A stretch of 64,000 nucleotides of DNA. Source: the human T2T-CHM13v2.0 reference genome, Homo sapiens. Under the pieces are notes generated by a model, which was not told where the DNA came from, ran no database searches, and saw nothing but the letters and a program-made list of their open reading frames with translations. The position numbers were made by a program, and so were the translations under genes. Location of the stretch: NCBI RefSeq assembly GCF_009914755.1, contig NC_060926.1; one strand, given 5' to 3'. This document shows positions 1 through 18,937 of the stretch, in pieces (the first letter of the stretch is position 1; every line of letters begins with the position of its first letter).

Positions 1-1820
<1,820 letters not shown>

Positions 1821-1821
1821 T

Positions 1822-2057
1822 GCTTTGTAGTCTATTTCCAAGTAAGGTAATGTGATGCCTCCAACTTTGTTCTTTTTGCTCAAGATTGCTTTGGCTATTC
1901 AGGGTCTTTTGTGATTTCATATGAATTTTAAGATTCTTTTTTCTGCTTCTGGGAAGAATGTCATTGGTATTTTGATAGAGATTGCATTAAATCTGGAGAT
2001 CACTTTGGGTAGTATGGACATTTTAACATAGTTAATTCTTCCCATTTATGAACACAG
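1822..2057 (-). mobile_element. L1 ORF2 fragment (old L1M-type)
   Basis: gtgatgcctccaactttgttctttttgctcaagattgctttggctattc...; the ORF track gives SKKNKVGGITLP, an L1 ORF2 motif. Confidence 0.85.
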
Positions 2058-2454
2058 AAAAATCCACACTTTGTGCAATCATATATGCTAGCTTTATAAG
2101 GCAGTGCTTGCACTGTTCACTGTTGACAGAAAATACACTAGAGTGCAATGTCATATCATCATAATCTTTAAACACAATACTTTTTCACGTTGAGGAGAAA
2201 TCTATCTAGATCAAAGAAAGACTACTTATTCACTGACCTTTGATCTTTGATTCTGTGAACAGCAACCAGAGCAGACTAAAATCCTTAGCTGCAAAATTTG
2301 CATTCTGCTCTCAGGATTATAATAATTGTAGGCAAGAATGGACCAGACAACAATTTTAAATAAGCAAACAAATCTTAACAGTTTATCTCCTTTTCTTTCC
2401 ATTTTAGAGGACAAGTAAATATGCCCACATGGTTTATTACCTGAACCAACTTAA

Positions 2455-2753
<299 letters not shown>

Positions 2754-3257
2754 CCAACTTACTCTTAAATATACATATGCTCTACCTGTTGCCCAGATTT
2801 TATCTATATTGTAACAAAACAAAATCATGTCTGCAGTGGACATTCTACAACATTCAAATTGATAGTATCAAAGGATTCCTTAGGCAACTGGGTAATTTTC
2901 TCAGTTATCCATGGGGCATTTGCCTACTATTCCCCCAGTGGGCATTTCAGGAAATCATCTTGCTTAGAACTAGGTACTTCATGAGAACATTAGTGAATCC
3001 CACCACTGTTTCCCACCTGGGCTCATTAGATGCTTGGTATCATCTTTTTGGAAAACAGAAATTTTTAAGATAAAGCAATCTATATGATGTACTGTGTGCA
3101 ATGTAAAATTACTTGATCTCATGTGAAGCTAATATTCACTATAGATTGTTTCTTAAATTTATTAATAGCCTATCTAATTTGTAAAGCCTATAGGTTTACC
3201 TTTCTAAGCAGAATCGGATACTACGACTTCAAAACTATATTAGAAAGTATAATTTTG

Positions 3258-3538
<281 letters not shown>

Positions 3539-3989
3539 TCATTCATTTTGATATGAATTTAATCATCTCCTAATTAACAGTTATGAGAAATGATATTTTG
3601 TATGAGACACCTCCAGATGTTCTAAAGCATATCACATTAAATCAGGAGATAGTGATATGCTTGGACTCATGGTGCGTTAACCCATTGCAGGTTTACCTTC
3701 CATGAAAAAAAAAAGTGTATTTTAGTTCACTTTCAATTTCTACCAAAGGTTGTGTTAAGAAACAGCTATATAAATTCCATTTCTGCAATTGTTGTCAAAG
3801 ATCACTGAGATCATGTTCAATTATCCTATTCATGATACCCTACATATCACTTGTAGGGCATCATCTAGGCATATTTTACCAGTACTGATTTCTGAGTACT
3901 GACTCCATCTTTATGAATCTGTATCTCTGGGGCAAGGGACAATGGTGAGTGGTGATGGTGATCCCTGGAATTTGGATCGTTCGTATACC

Positions 3990-4068
3990 AAACCTTAATG
4001 ACAGGCAATTTACTCATGTAACGAACTTACACAAGTACCTTTGAACCTAAAATAAAAGTTGAAAAACA
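3990..4068 (+). mobile_element. L1PA 3' end fragment
   Basis: catgtaacgaacttacacaagtacctttgaacctaaaataaaagtt resembles an older L1PA 3' terminus. Confidence 0.65.
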
Positions 4069-4320
4069 AAATGTGTTACCAGATGATGATAATCCATACG
4101 GTTTCAGAACCATTACCCATGAATGATGCCAACTGTAGGCTTTATCTCTCAAAATTTGATACCATGAAAAACATCTCTCTTCCTGAGAAGTTTCAATTAA
4201 CTGTTCTAATCATAATTAAAATTTGTCATACTTTCCTTTAGAAACCAGGAAGCTTGGGGCCATATTTTATAACTGTAACACTATAGCAACTGCATTCCTT
4301 TTGATAATTATAAAAGTTAT

Positions 4321-4610
4321 GGCTGGGTGCGGTGGCTCATGCCTATAATCCCAGCACTTTGGGAGGCAGAGGTGGGCGGATCACGAGGTCAGGAAGATCG
4401 AGACCATCTTGGCTAAGACGTTGAAACCCCATCTCTACTAAAAATACAAAAAATAGCCACGCATGGTGGCGGGTGCCTGTAGTCCCAGCTACTCAGAAGG
4501 CTGAGCAGCAGGAGAATGGTGTGAACCAAGGAGGCAGAGCCAAGATAGCACCACTGCACTCCAGCCTGTGTAACAGAGCGAGACTCCAACTCAAAAAAAA
4601 AAAAAAAAAA
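4321..4610 (+). mobile_element. Alu (Sc/Y-like)
   Basis: Full Alu with poly-A; TSD aaaagtta. Confidence 0.93.
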
Positions 4611-5349
4611 GTTACTTTTCTTCACTTGACCTTTGTCTACTAATTCTTTTCTTACTAACTTGTTAAATTTGTCTTGTTTCATAAGTTACGTCAAATCATT
4701 CTTGAAAAAGTCAGGGTACAAACAGAATAGAAAAGAATGCAATAGATGAACTAGAATTACACAAAAGACAAAGTAAGCAGTATGTTTCTTGAGAGACTTC
4801 TATTCATGGTAGTATGAGGAATAGATATCCAGAAAACAACTACTCAATTCAAAACACATAAATATGCCAGGATAATAAAGCTGACTTTATCTTTTATAAC
4901 GTATAGCTAAGGAAATAACAACAAAAAAAAAAGTCTAAGGGACCAAAATGAGAGAAAGCATGAGTTGAAAGGTCATTATGTGCAGAAGTGAGCAGCTGCC
5001 CTGGGGACCCTGCTGATCCTTGGTGGTCTAAGCTTTGCTTTAATGAGTTTCCGGCAAGGTGGATGCATGGGAGGGGCTGCCAGGAAACAAAGCCTCAAGG
5101 TCGAGCAAAGTTGGAAGTCATAATTGGCATCTCCATGTAAAGCCAAGAACACTGAAGGGTGACACAATCTTAAAATGAGAGTTCTGAGGAGACGAAACTT
5201 CAGAATGCTGAAAGGTGACAGACCTTTGAATATGAGAAAAGTAAAAATGTCCTGGTTTTGCTTTGTTTCTCTGTAGAGGAAAAAAACAAAAGATGGTTGC
5301 CTTAAGAATTTGTAACCACAAGTCTATTTTCACACAGATTTGAGTGAAT

Positions 5350-6185
5350 ATTCGCACAACCAGTATTGTCTTTGAAATCATTAAGCAAGAATTCAGCTAA
5401 AAATGGTCCTTGGTCTGCAAGGGTCTGGGGAGCACCTGTCACAAGAATATGGAAACTCCAAAGGAATCAACTTAAACCAAGTCCTCAAAGACTTTTTTCA
5501 TAAACTTCTTACAAGCCTAAGTATAATAATAAAGGAAAAATACCCAGAGAAATATACCACCAGGAGCAGGAGTCAGCAAACAGCAGAATCAGATCAGCAA
5601 AAACTGTGGATATTGGTAGTATCGCATACAGAGTATTAAAAATATTTAATCTGTGTAAAGAGAAGTAAAAGCTTAATGAAAACATGACTAAGTATAAAAG
5701 ACTATCAAAAACGACTAGGCCTATTTGAAAAGAACCTAATGGAATTCCTGAAAAATAAAAATAGAATAAAAAATTGGAAACTCAATGAAAAGGATATCCT
5801 CAAAATGGATAATTTCATATAATGTTAAGTGAAATAAGCAAAACACCAATTACTTATAAGATGCTTCCACTTATACAAAGACATGGAAAAACTAAACATA
5901 AATTGTTTAGTAATAAACAGACAAGTAGTAAGCCTATTTTTCAAAATTAAGAACAAAAGCTCAAAACTTCAAGATAGTGATTCTTTTGCTAGAAGGTGGA
6001 GAGATAAGGATGTAAACAAGAAGGAGCAAAGGGGAAGAGCTTAAAGGTACCAGCAATATTCTATCCCTCAAGATGGGCTGTGCCAATTTAGGTGTTAACT
6101 TTATTACTACTGAAGCCTTTACACACTAGTTTCCTGCACTCTTCTGTATACAGCAAATATGTATAAGTTATTTTAAAAATACAAA
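5350..6185 (+). mobile_element. Ancient L1M fragments (ORF1-like and 3' UTR-like)
   Basis: A-rich degenerate L1, including taatgttaagtgaaataagc. Confidence 0.5.
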
Positions 6186-6731
6186 AATAAGGAGAAAGCT
6201 TCTGATTGGACTTACAAAACTAGAAAACATTGTAAGTTGAAGAATTTTCAGACATGCTCATTTCATATACTAGATTCCAATAACTACTGTGGAAATGTCA
6301 TAGATTAGATCTATGAGTTGAAAGTATAAAGGAGCTCACTATTACGGAAAAAGGTATATGAGGGGAGTAATAAACTCGAGGACAGTTTTACAGAGCTGGA
6401 AAAGCATAAAGAGACCTACAGCATGGCATGAGTTTACAGGAAATGGTAGGAGAGCTACAGTAAACACTCATTGGCTGCTTCAAACCTGATCACAACTTTA
6501 ATTCCTTCTCCTCAGAAAGTTTTTAGCTAAGTCCAAAGGAAGACTAAACTAGGAAAGTAGGTATATTTTGAGAGGCCATTTGGAAAATGGTAGTTTTTTA
6601 GGAAAACTTTCTTATAAGCCAACATTATTATATTCTGTGAAGCAGAGGATACCTGCCTTCAACTTTCAGAAGTTACTTGAAGTGAATGTCATTATGCAAA
6701 TTCAAGCAATCTTAATATCCTTGTTACTTAC

Positions 6732-6911
6732 CCACTTGGAATACAATTTTGTCTCAACTCTTGGCACAAAACTGACAGCTTTAATCATGACGTCATAAAC
6801 ATTTAGAAAGATATCTATATAGTCACTCAACTCAGGTTCAAACTTAATGGTGTCATTATCAAGAATCAGCCTCATGATGAAACCTGGATGTTCAAAAGCT
6901 CTAACAGAATC
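6732..6911 (-). CDS. DNAH7: DNAH7 coding exon 12 (180 nt; DSVRAFEHPG...RVETKLYSKW)
   Basis: Acceptor ttttgcag|GAT, donor TGG|gtaagt, phase 0-0; the peptide matches the DNAH7 N-terminal tail. Confidence 0.96.
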
Positions 6912-7362
6912 CTGCAAAAAATTAAAAAATTTACATACATAAATATGTATGAATTGTGACAGACTAAGTAGTACACCAGTCCCAATTAGAATACATGGGA
7001 ACCCACACTTTCTCTTATGACCCAGACAGCTAAGCCAAGGAGGAGCTCTAATAAAAAGAGCAAGAGTGATTCTGAGCTACAGTTGATGATATCCAGTATC
7101 CATTGGGACTACAGGTCAACTACAGGGTCAAAGTCCCAGAAAAACAAGCGTACATAGCAGTGGAGTTCTAGAATCATACAAGATAGAGCCCAAGAGAAGA
7201 ACACTCCAATTCCAAGGCCCTGCTCACACTGCAACAGGACCTCCTTCCAGAAACAGAAATGGTTCTTCTTTGCTAAAGTTACCTCATGGTAACTTTCTCC
7301 AGCCTTCATGACCCAAATTTCCCAATTATGTGAATTTTCACTAATCTTATCTCTAGTCATGA

Positions 7363-7572
<210 letters not shown>

Positions 7573-7702
7573 TAAGATAAGTGTAATAGGTCTAAAGATG
7601 TACTTTCTGCCCTCTCACTGATAGAGATGTTATTTTCCTCTCTGAAATAATTAAAAATAAATAAATTTGTAAATACATATTGGTGAACTGAACCATACTT
7701 AC

Positions 7703-7886
7703 TGGGGGTTGTGCAATTAAGTCTGTGAAATCTTGCATGGAGACTAAAGTGAGGTCCTGCAGCTGTAAAGTCATAAGTGCAGCAGCACAGTTGAAAAAAG
7801 ATTCCAATTTGGCACTGCTGTCACCAGTTGGCAATTGCTTTTTTTTATTACCTTGGTAATAAATATTCTGCACTTCTGGAAACCAC
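7703..7886 (-). CDS. DNAH7: DNAH7 coding exon 11 (184 nt; WFPEVQNIYY...DLIAQPP)
   Basis: Acceptor ctttcaag|G, donor CCA|gtaagt, phase 2-0. Confidence 0.96.
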
Positions 7887-8716
7887 CTTGAAAGAACAAA
7901 AGACTTTTAAAAGTCAGTGCTTTCAGTGAATTACTCCTTTTATATTAAGCATTAACACTAATTTCTGGACATCTAAAGGTCTTCATAGAGAAGTATATTG
8001 CTAAATGATATTACCCACTCTCCGAAATGTAAGTGTTAAAATATGTCACTTCTAGGAAAAGAAATTTTAAATCTTAGCCAATAGAAAATTACTCAGTGAT
8101 GTGATGCTGTGAGAAAGACATAATTCTAACTCCTGGAACTATGGCTCCTGACTTTTTAAAGAAATATAGAACTAACTTTACTGGATATTACAAAATACTC
8201 CTCTCCAATCTCCTAAATATTATCTAGGGAATATATTTGTTAGTTTAAAGTTAAAATGTGAATAACTGATTAACCAAGGGAGGGCTTATACCATGTTCAA
8301 TACACTTGGTTGTTTCATGCTATTCTATCTGTTTACAGTTACTTGAAAACAATTTACAAATCAACAAAATCAGGTATTTATTTTCTCATTCCCCTTAATG
8401 TGATATCCTGAAAGAGTGTCTGATCTAAAACAAAGTTTCGAATGTGTATGTGTCCTTGTAATAAAAGGATTACAGTGTAATTTCATATATAGGTACATAA
8501 TGATGATAATAAGCAAAGTTTTCAACTTATAAAACCACTCTCCAACACTACAGAATTTTAAAATACTGTTATCTTTTTTTATAAGAGATAATGAATTTTT
8601 TAAATAGTCAATATAATTTCAGGAGTTTCCTGAATGTTCCAAGAGAGAAAATCTAAATTTGAAATATATTTATTCATCCCTTTAACAAATATGTGTTAAG
8701 TGTCTACTACATACTA

Positions 8717-9054
<338 letters not shown>

Positions 9055-9439
9055 GATGGTATCATCATTTCTCTCATAATAATAAAGGCAATGTGTCATA
9101 AAAGAAAAAAAAATCTGAAATAAAAGGATAGATATAATTTTCCATTTAAATAATGAAGAAGGGTTTCATAGTGAAGATGGCAATTTCACCAAAAAAAAAA
9201 AAAAGATGGAAAAGAGAATGAGGAAGGCCCTGAGAGAAAGATTCAAAGTGGAAGAATTATAAAGAAAAATAAATGGAGTAGGTAGGGTTATCAGATCATT
9301 TCAGTGTCTAAAATAGACAACAGAATAGAAAACAGGAAGAAATACACAGGGGAAGGTCCAGTTCAGGCAAGAGATGAAATAAGTTTAGGTCTGCAGAACT
9401 GGAAAGAGGACAAATACGATGTATTTTAAAAAGTATTCA

Positions 9440-10400
9440 ATTGCTCATTCTCTCAAAAATATTTATATGACTCCCTATTATGAATGAAACATTTGGGGTA
9501 CAAAAGATTTCTTAATTCTCAAAGTGCTTAATAGATCAGTGAAGGAAAAGAGGCACATACATACATAAATAAATATTGTTTTTAAAAAGGACTTAGAAGA
9601 GAACAAAGTACTGGAGGCATTCATAAGGAAGATATCACTTTTGATGAGATAACAGTAAAAATTTCATGAAAGAAGGGTCATTTAGGCTGGGTATTGAAGG
9701 ACAGAAGAGAGTCTTCTCCAGTAATGACCTGCATCAAGCATTCTAAATAGTGTAAACCATAACAGTTTGCTGATAGTGTGCAAGAGGTCCTTATTCCATT
9801 TTAATCTCCTTAACCTCTAATTCAATCTTTATAATTAGTCAAACAAAGATGACAATGCTAAGAGTCTCAGAGTTTCAAGTTTTCATAGCACTCCCATCTC
9901 ACAAATGAAAACAAATAAGGAGTAACTAATTACTTTAAAAATCAGTAATTGGTTAAAAGGGGGAACAAAGAGCCTTCAAACTTAGTCCACAGATGGATTT
10001 TTAACAGTGGTAAGGTGTGGTTACAGACTATTCATAGAAGTTATATTCTGTTTTATTTAACATGACTATTTCTACAGGCATGATCCAAGGTGAAAGTCTT
10101 TTTAGAACTGAGGATGGAGAAGACAAGTTAGATCTATATTACAGAAAACCTTTAAAGGCATATTAAGAAATATGGACTTACTTTCTCAACAAAAGGGAGG
10201 CACTGAACTGGGGAATATTTTAAGACTCATCGAGCAGTGGTTTACAGGCTAGGCTTGAAAAAGAAAGCTACCAGAGACAAAGGAATATGGCAGTTATTCA
10301 GATTTTGCAATAGGCTATATGGGAGGCTAAGAGGGCCAGCCAAGGGTAGTAGTCCTGGGGATTAAGAGGAAGGGATACACATGCAAGTTGCTTCTGAGAG
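9440..10400. mobile_element. Degenerate L2-like fragments
   Basis: Purine-rich L2 3'-type motifs (ctcattctctcaaaaatatttat, tggacttactttct); boundaries vague. Confidence 0.4.
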
Positions 10401-10661
10401 TAGATCAAAAATAGTTGATGGTCATAAAATAAGTCTCAATAAATGTAAAAGGTTTAAAATCATACAAAATCATTAATCAATAACAGAAAGACACTTAGAA
10501 ATTCACAAATATGTCTAAAGTAAACAACACATTTCTAAATGGCCTATGACTCAAATAAGAAATCATAAGGGAAATTAGAAAACAAGATGAATGGAAACGA
10601 AAACACCACATAGCATAACTCAGGGAATGCAGCAAAATCAGTGATTAGAGGGAAATTTTTA

Positions 10662-11018
<357 letters not shown>

Positions 11019-11340
11019 GGGCTGGGTGCAGTGGCTCACGCCTGTAATCCCAGCACTTTGGGAGGCCAAGGCAGGCAGATCACAAGGTCAGGAGATCAAG
11101 ACCATCTCAGCTAACACCGTGAAACCCCGTTTCTACTAAAAATACAAAAACAAAATTAGCCGGGTGTGGTGGTGGGCACCTGTAGTCCGAGCTACTCAGG
11201 AGGCTGAGGTGGGAAAATGGCATGAACCCGGGAGGCAGAGCTTGCGGTGAGCCAAGATGGCACCACTGCATTCCAGCCTGGGTGACAGGGCAAGACTCCA
11301 TCTCCAAAACAAACAAACAAACAAACAAACAAACAAAAAT
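11019..11340 (+). mobile_element. Alu (Sc/Y-like) inserted in the tail of the preceding Alu
   Basis: Head-to-tail with the AluJ; (CAAA)n tail. Confidence 0.9.
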
Positions 11341-12068
11341 ATATATATATATATAACTAAACTCAAAACAAGAAGGAGAAGGGAGGAAATAAAGAGGTAA
11401 GTCCAAACAAAAAAATATTGAATAGAAAAATAAAGAAAAATCAACAAACCTAAAGTTGGTTGTTTAAACAGATCAACAAAACTCATGAACTTATAGTTAA
11501 ACTGACCAAGAAAAAAGAGCAAAGACTCAAATTGTTAAAATCAGGAATAAAAGGGGAGACACTAATACTAACATTACAGAAATACAAAGAATTAAAAGGG
11601 AATATAATATACAATTGTTTGCCAACAAATTTGATAATCTAGAAAAAACGGACAAATTCTATGAAGACAAAAACTACCAAATCTGACTTAAAAAGACATA
11701 GAAAATATCAATAAACCTGTAGCAAGTAAAAGAGATCAAATTAATATTAATAATTTACAAACCTTCCAGGAAAAAAAGGCCAGGACTAGATGGCTTCACT
11801 GGTAGTTCTAACAAGAATTTAAAAAATTAACACCAAACCAAATGTTTGGTTTGTAAAGAATTCACTAACCAAAAAGGAAAAAAGAAAAGAATGTTTTCCT
11901 ACTCATTCTGTGAGGTATTACTATAATACCAACTACAAAGACATAACACACACACACACACACACAAAAACTACAGACCAATATCTCATATGAATGAAGA
12001 CATAAAAATCCTCAACAAAATACTAGAAATCCAAGTCCAGAAGCACATAAAAAGTATTATATGATCAT

Positions 12069-12345
12069 ATGTGATGGCTCATGCCTGTAATCCCAACACT
12101 TTGGGAGGCTGAGTCAGGAGGATTGCTTGAGTCCAGGAGTTTGAGACCAGCCTGGGCAACACAGTGAGACCTTGTCTCTACAAAAATGAACAAAATTAGC
12201 TGGGCACATGCCTGTAGTCCCAGCTACTCAGGGGGATAAGGCACAAGAAACACTTGAACCCAGGAAGCAGGGGTTGCAGTGAGCCAGGATCGCACCACTG
12301 CACTCCAGCCTGGCTGACAGAGCAAGGCCCTGTCTCCAAAAAAAG
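12069..12345 (+). mobile_element. AluJ
   Basis: Alu consensus with J-type ggattgcttgag. Confidence 0.88.
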
Positions 12346-13566
12346 ACAGGATTATCTCCATTCCATGACCATGTAGAATCTACCTCAGGAATTCAAGGTT
12401 GGTTCAATACATGAAAAATCAATGTAATACGCCATATTAATAGAATAAAAGGGAAAAATCACATGATTATCTCAATAGATTCAAAAAGCATTTACAAAAT
12501 CTAACACTACATGATAAAAAACCATATCTGCTCTTGCTGCTTCTATTCAACATTGTACTGGAGGGTCTAATCAGGGAAATTAGCTAAGGAAAGGAAAAAA
12601 AAAAAAACATATCCAGATAGGAAAGGAAGAAGTAAACTGTCTCTATTTGCAGATGATATGATCTTATATATAGAAAGCCATAAAGAATCCACACGCAAAA
12701 ACCATTAAAGCTAATAAATAAGTTTAGTAAGGTAGTAGAATACAAGATCAATATATAAAATTCAGTTGTATTTCTACACACTAGCAACAATCTGAAGATG
12801 AAATTGAGAAGACCATTCCATTTACATAGCATCAAGAAGAATACTTAGAAAAAAATTAAACCAAAAAATGTAAATACATTTTTGTATTTACATTTAATAC
12901 ATATAAAATTACATACATAATTACATACAAAAAATGTAATACACATATACTGAAAACTACACGACATTGTTGAAATAAATTAAAGAAGAACTAAATAAAT
13001 GGAAAGACATCCTGTGTTCATGAATTGAAAGACTTAACATTATTAAGTTAAAATTAATGTACAGATGTAATGCATTCCCTATTAAAATCCCAATGGCATT
13101 TTTTAAAAAATGGACAAGTTGCTACTAAAATGCATATAAAATACAAAGGACTCAGAACAACAACAATTTTTCAACTCAGAAAAATAAGAACAAAATTGGA
13201 GGACTCACACTTCCTTATCTCAAAACTTACTACAAAACGGTTTGGTACTGGCATAAAGACAAATAGGCCAATGAAACAGAATAGAGAGCCCAGAAATAAA
13301 CCCTCCCATATATGGTCAAATGATTTTCAGCAAAGGTGCCAAGACAACTCACTCAGAAGAGTCTTGCACAAATGGTGCTCAGACTACCAGATATCCATAT
13401 GCAAAATAATAAATTTGGGCTCCTACCTCAGACCATGTATAAGTTAAAATGAATTTGGTTTGTAAAGGTCAAAAAGGCCTAAATGTAGGAGCTACAACTA
13501 TAGAATGATTAGTTCTGTTTACCACACAGGAAAACAGGTAAATCTTGGTGGCTTTGGATATGATAC

Positions 13567-13921
13567 TGATATGGTTTGGCTGTGTCTCCACCCAAATCTC
13601 ACCTTGAATTGTAATAATCTCCATGTGTCAAAGCTGAGACCAGTGGAGATAATTGAATCACAGGGGCAGTTTCCCCTGTACTCTTCTTGTGGTAGTGAAT
13701 AAGTCTCACGAGATTTGTTGGTTTTATAAATGTGAGTTCCCCTACACATGCCCTCTTGCCTGTCGCCATGTAGGACCGGGCTTTGCTCCTCATTTGCCTT
13801 CCACCATGATTGTGAGGCCTCCCCAGCCATGTGGAACTGTGAGCCAATTCAACCTCTTTCCTTTATAAATTACCCAGTCTCAGGTATGTCTTTATTAACA
13901 GTGTGAGAACAGATTAACACA
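13567..13921 (+). mobile_element. THE1 (ERVL-MaLR) solo LTR
   Basis: tgatatggtttggctgtgtc...taacaca termini; 5-bp TSD GATAC on both sides. Confidence 0.92.
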
Positions 13922-14853
13922 GATACCAAAAGGCACAAACAACCAAAGAAAAAACATAAATGAGACTTCGTCAAAATTAAAAATATTTGTGCTTCAAAGG
14001 ATACTATCAATAGGAGAAATATTTGCAAATAATATAATTGATAAGGGTCTAGTATCCAGAATATACAAAGAACTCTTAAATCTCAACAACAAAATATCAG
14101 ATATTTTACATGTCAAAAATAAAAATCAGACAACCCAGTAGAAAATGAACAAAGGGTTTGAATAGACATTTTCCAAAGATGACAAATAAACAGACAATAA
14201 GCCCATAAAAAGATAGTCAACATCATTGGTCATGAGGGAAATGCAAATCAAAATCATAGTGAGATACAACTTCATAACCACGAGGGTGGCTACAAGCAGA
14301 AAGATGGACAATAACAAGTGCTGGAAAGTGTGTGGAGAAATTGGAACCCTCATAAATTGTTGTTAGGAATGTGAAATCTTATAGTCACTTTGGAAAACAG
14401 TGCGAGTGTTCCTCAAAAAGTCAGAATTACCATATAACCCAGCAATTTCACTCCTAGGTATACAGTCAAGAGAACTTAAAAATATATTTATGCAAAATAA
14501 ATGTTCATAGCAAAAACAGCCAAAAAGTGGAAACAACCCAAATGTCCATTACCTGATGACTGGATGAATAAAATGTCTTATATCCATATACTGAAATATC
14601 ATTTGGCCATACTGAAGTATCATTTGGCCATGAGAAGATATGACATATTGATACATGCTATAATATGAATGAACTTTGAAAACATTATGCTTCCTGTAAG
14701 AAGCCAGGCATAAATGACCATATATTCACTGAGACGAAATGTCCAGAGTAGGGAAATTCATAGAGACAAAAAAAATATTAGCATAGTTACCAGGCACCTC
14801 TGGGTGGAAGAATGGGAAATGGCTGCTAACAGGTACAGAGTTTCTTTCTAGGG

Positions 14854-15266
14854 CGTATTAAGCCATTCTTGTGTTGCTATAAAGAAATATCTGGGACTGG
14901 GTAATTTATAAAGAAAAGAGGTTTAATTGGCTCATGATTCTATACGCTGTAGCAGCATGGTTCTAGCATCTGATTCCAGTGAAGGCCCCAGGAACATTAT
15001 AATTACGGCAGAAGGTGAAGGGGGAGCAGCCATGTCATGGCCAGAGCGAGTGCAAGAGAGCAAGGAGGAAGGTGCCATACACTTTTAAACAACCAGATCT
15101 TGTGTGAACTCAGAGCAAGAACTCACTTATTATCATGAGGACAGAACCAAGCTATTCATGAGTGATCTGCCCCCATGACCAAACACCTCCCACCAGGCCA
15201 CACCTCCAACACTAGGGATTACGTTTCAATATGAGATTTGGAGGGGACAAGCATCCAAACTATACG
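14854..15266 (-). mobile_element. MST (ERVL-MaLR) solo LTR
   Basis: gtattaagccattcttgtgttgctataaagaaat...gcatccaaactata. Confidence 0.85.
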
Positions 15267-15624
15267 GCATGGTGAAAATGAAAATGTTCTGGAACTAATG
15301 GTAATGGTTGCACAACCTTGCGAGTATATTATCAACTACTGAATTGTACACATTAAAGTAGTGAATTTTATGGTAAATGAATTATTTCTCAATAAAAAAA
15401 GAATAGCAATACATTGGGTACCGCTGGAAGCAGAGCTAAAATTTCATGCTTTCTTACATGAAATTTCAAAAGAGAACAAAAAAAGTCCCAAGGTTTTCAA
15501 CTTGGCCTAGTAATGGTTCACAACAGGAAGAGTAGCAGGTTTGGAACAAAGAGAATAAGCATTGCTAGAAACATGCTGAGATTCAGGTGCTGACGTGACA
15601 TTCAACTAAAGATATTCAGTATTA

Positions 15625-17345
<1,721 letters not shown>

Positions 17346-18817
17346 TGATAAGACAGGCCTAAAGCTCAGAAGACAAAATCTTGAGGCAGAAGAATTCATG
17401 AAATTGTCAAGAAAATATAAAGAAGAGAGATAACAACAAAGACCTGGGGAACCCTACTTGTAGGGAATAATAATAAGTAAAGCCAGAAAAAGATAAATGG
17501 AAGAAGAACTAGAGAAACACAGCAGCACAGAAAAGCGGGTTTCCAGAAGTCTGGAAACCACACACTGTGAGTAAAAATGGAAGATGAGGACGATGAAAAG
17601 GCATTTGGGTTTGAGGTGGAAGTCATAATTAATCATTTGCTAATTGTTTCTCCTCTGTGAGCTGATGCTCTGCCTTTTGGTCATGATAAACACTTTCTGG
17701 CTCACTACTTAAAATATGGTCAGAGAGTTCTTCCCTGAGAATCAATCAGGAAGCATCAAGAGATACAGCTAATCAATCTGCATTTCTCAGCAAAAAAATA
17801 ATTCAATAAAGGTTTGTACTCTACTCTGTAATTTGACACCCATTTAACTAAAATTTACAGTGGTAATGTATTCCTAGGGTAGAACCCAGAAGTTATAGAT
17901 CAAGATAATTTATTTGTATCCTGTCCTTAAGAGGTCACTTTCTTCTCTGTAATTAATTATGGGTTTTCATTTTATCACCTCTTAACTCTACTTTTACATT
18001 AACTAAATACTAATATAAAATAAAAGGCTAAAGTTTTTTCAAGTAATATCAAAGAATTTTATTCTAACACATTGGAGAAGAAAGCAAGATAAAGGAAATA
18101 TTTAATCTCAAATTATGAAGATATCTTTCTAAGTAACTTTTAGAAATCATGAAGCTATGCTAGCAGTTTCATGTCCTCTGCTACCTTAAATTTGACTGAA
18201 TTTTAATGTCCTGTTTATAATAACTTAATGACCCATGAGAGAAACAATTTTCCTAAGTTGCTTCAAAGCATACTGTCTGATTCCCAGATTATGAATTATC
18301 ATATGTGGCTATTCCATTCCGAAAAGCCAATCCAAGGAGATATTCAATTATCATCTGATAGGTCTGCCTTCTAGTGAGATTTTTTTAATTCATTTAAACG
18401 ATATACTTTCCCCACTTAACCATTCTTTAAACTCTTCTGCTTTCCCCATCCAAAAACAAAATGAAGGGAGGTACAGAGCCTAGCATGTGTTAACAGCAGA
18501 TGACAAATACCTGGTGAATAATGATTAGGTAACCATTCTCTCATGGTATTCAGCACCCCTCTCAAAGGATAGGTACAAACCAGACACTTAGAAAAAAGTA
18601 ACCAGTTGTCATGAACATTTTAGTTTCTGCACAATCTACGCTGTGTAGAACATCTGGACAAATATTACAGACTAAGATAATTAAAGATATTATATTTAAA
18701 TCATGTAGAAATGATTTAAAACATTAAAATTGGATCTTCTAAAAGCAGTTAAAATGCAGTAGCCCACAATCATATTTTTAAACTTATGCTTTCCTACATG
18801 AAATTTCAAACCTTTAC

Positions 18818-18937
18818 ATTTTAAGTAGAGTCTCTTTGGCAGAGTCCATGTGTCTCATGATAATGTTCTGAAAACTTGACAGCTCTAATGCATCCTGGCA
18901 ATTATGAAATTCTTTGATATCAACTAAACGTAATTTT
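18818..18937 (-). CDS. DNAH7: DNAH7 coding exon 10 (120 nt; KLRLVDIKEF...AKETLLKM)
   Basis: Acceptor ttttgcag|A, donor AT|gtaaag, phase 2-2; not in the ORF track, read manually. Confidence 0.94.

Noticed and set aside
7703-7886. Exon 11 also begins with GT (aag|GTGGTT)
   Set aside because: The regenerated site AAT|GTGGTT is a poor donor match, unlike exon 4.
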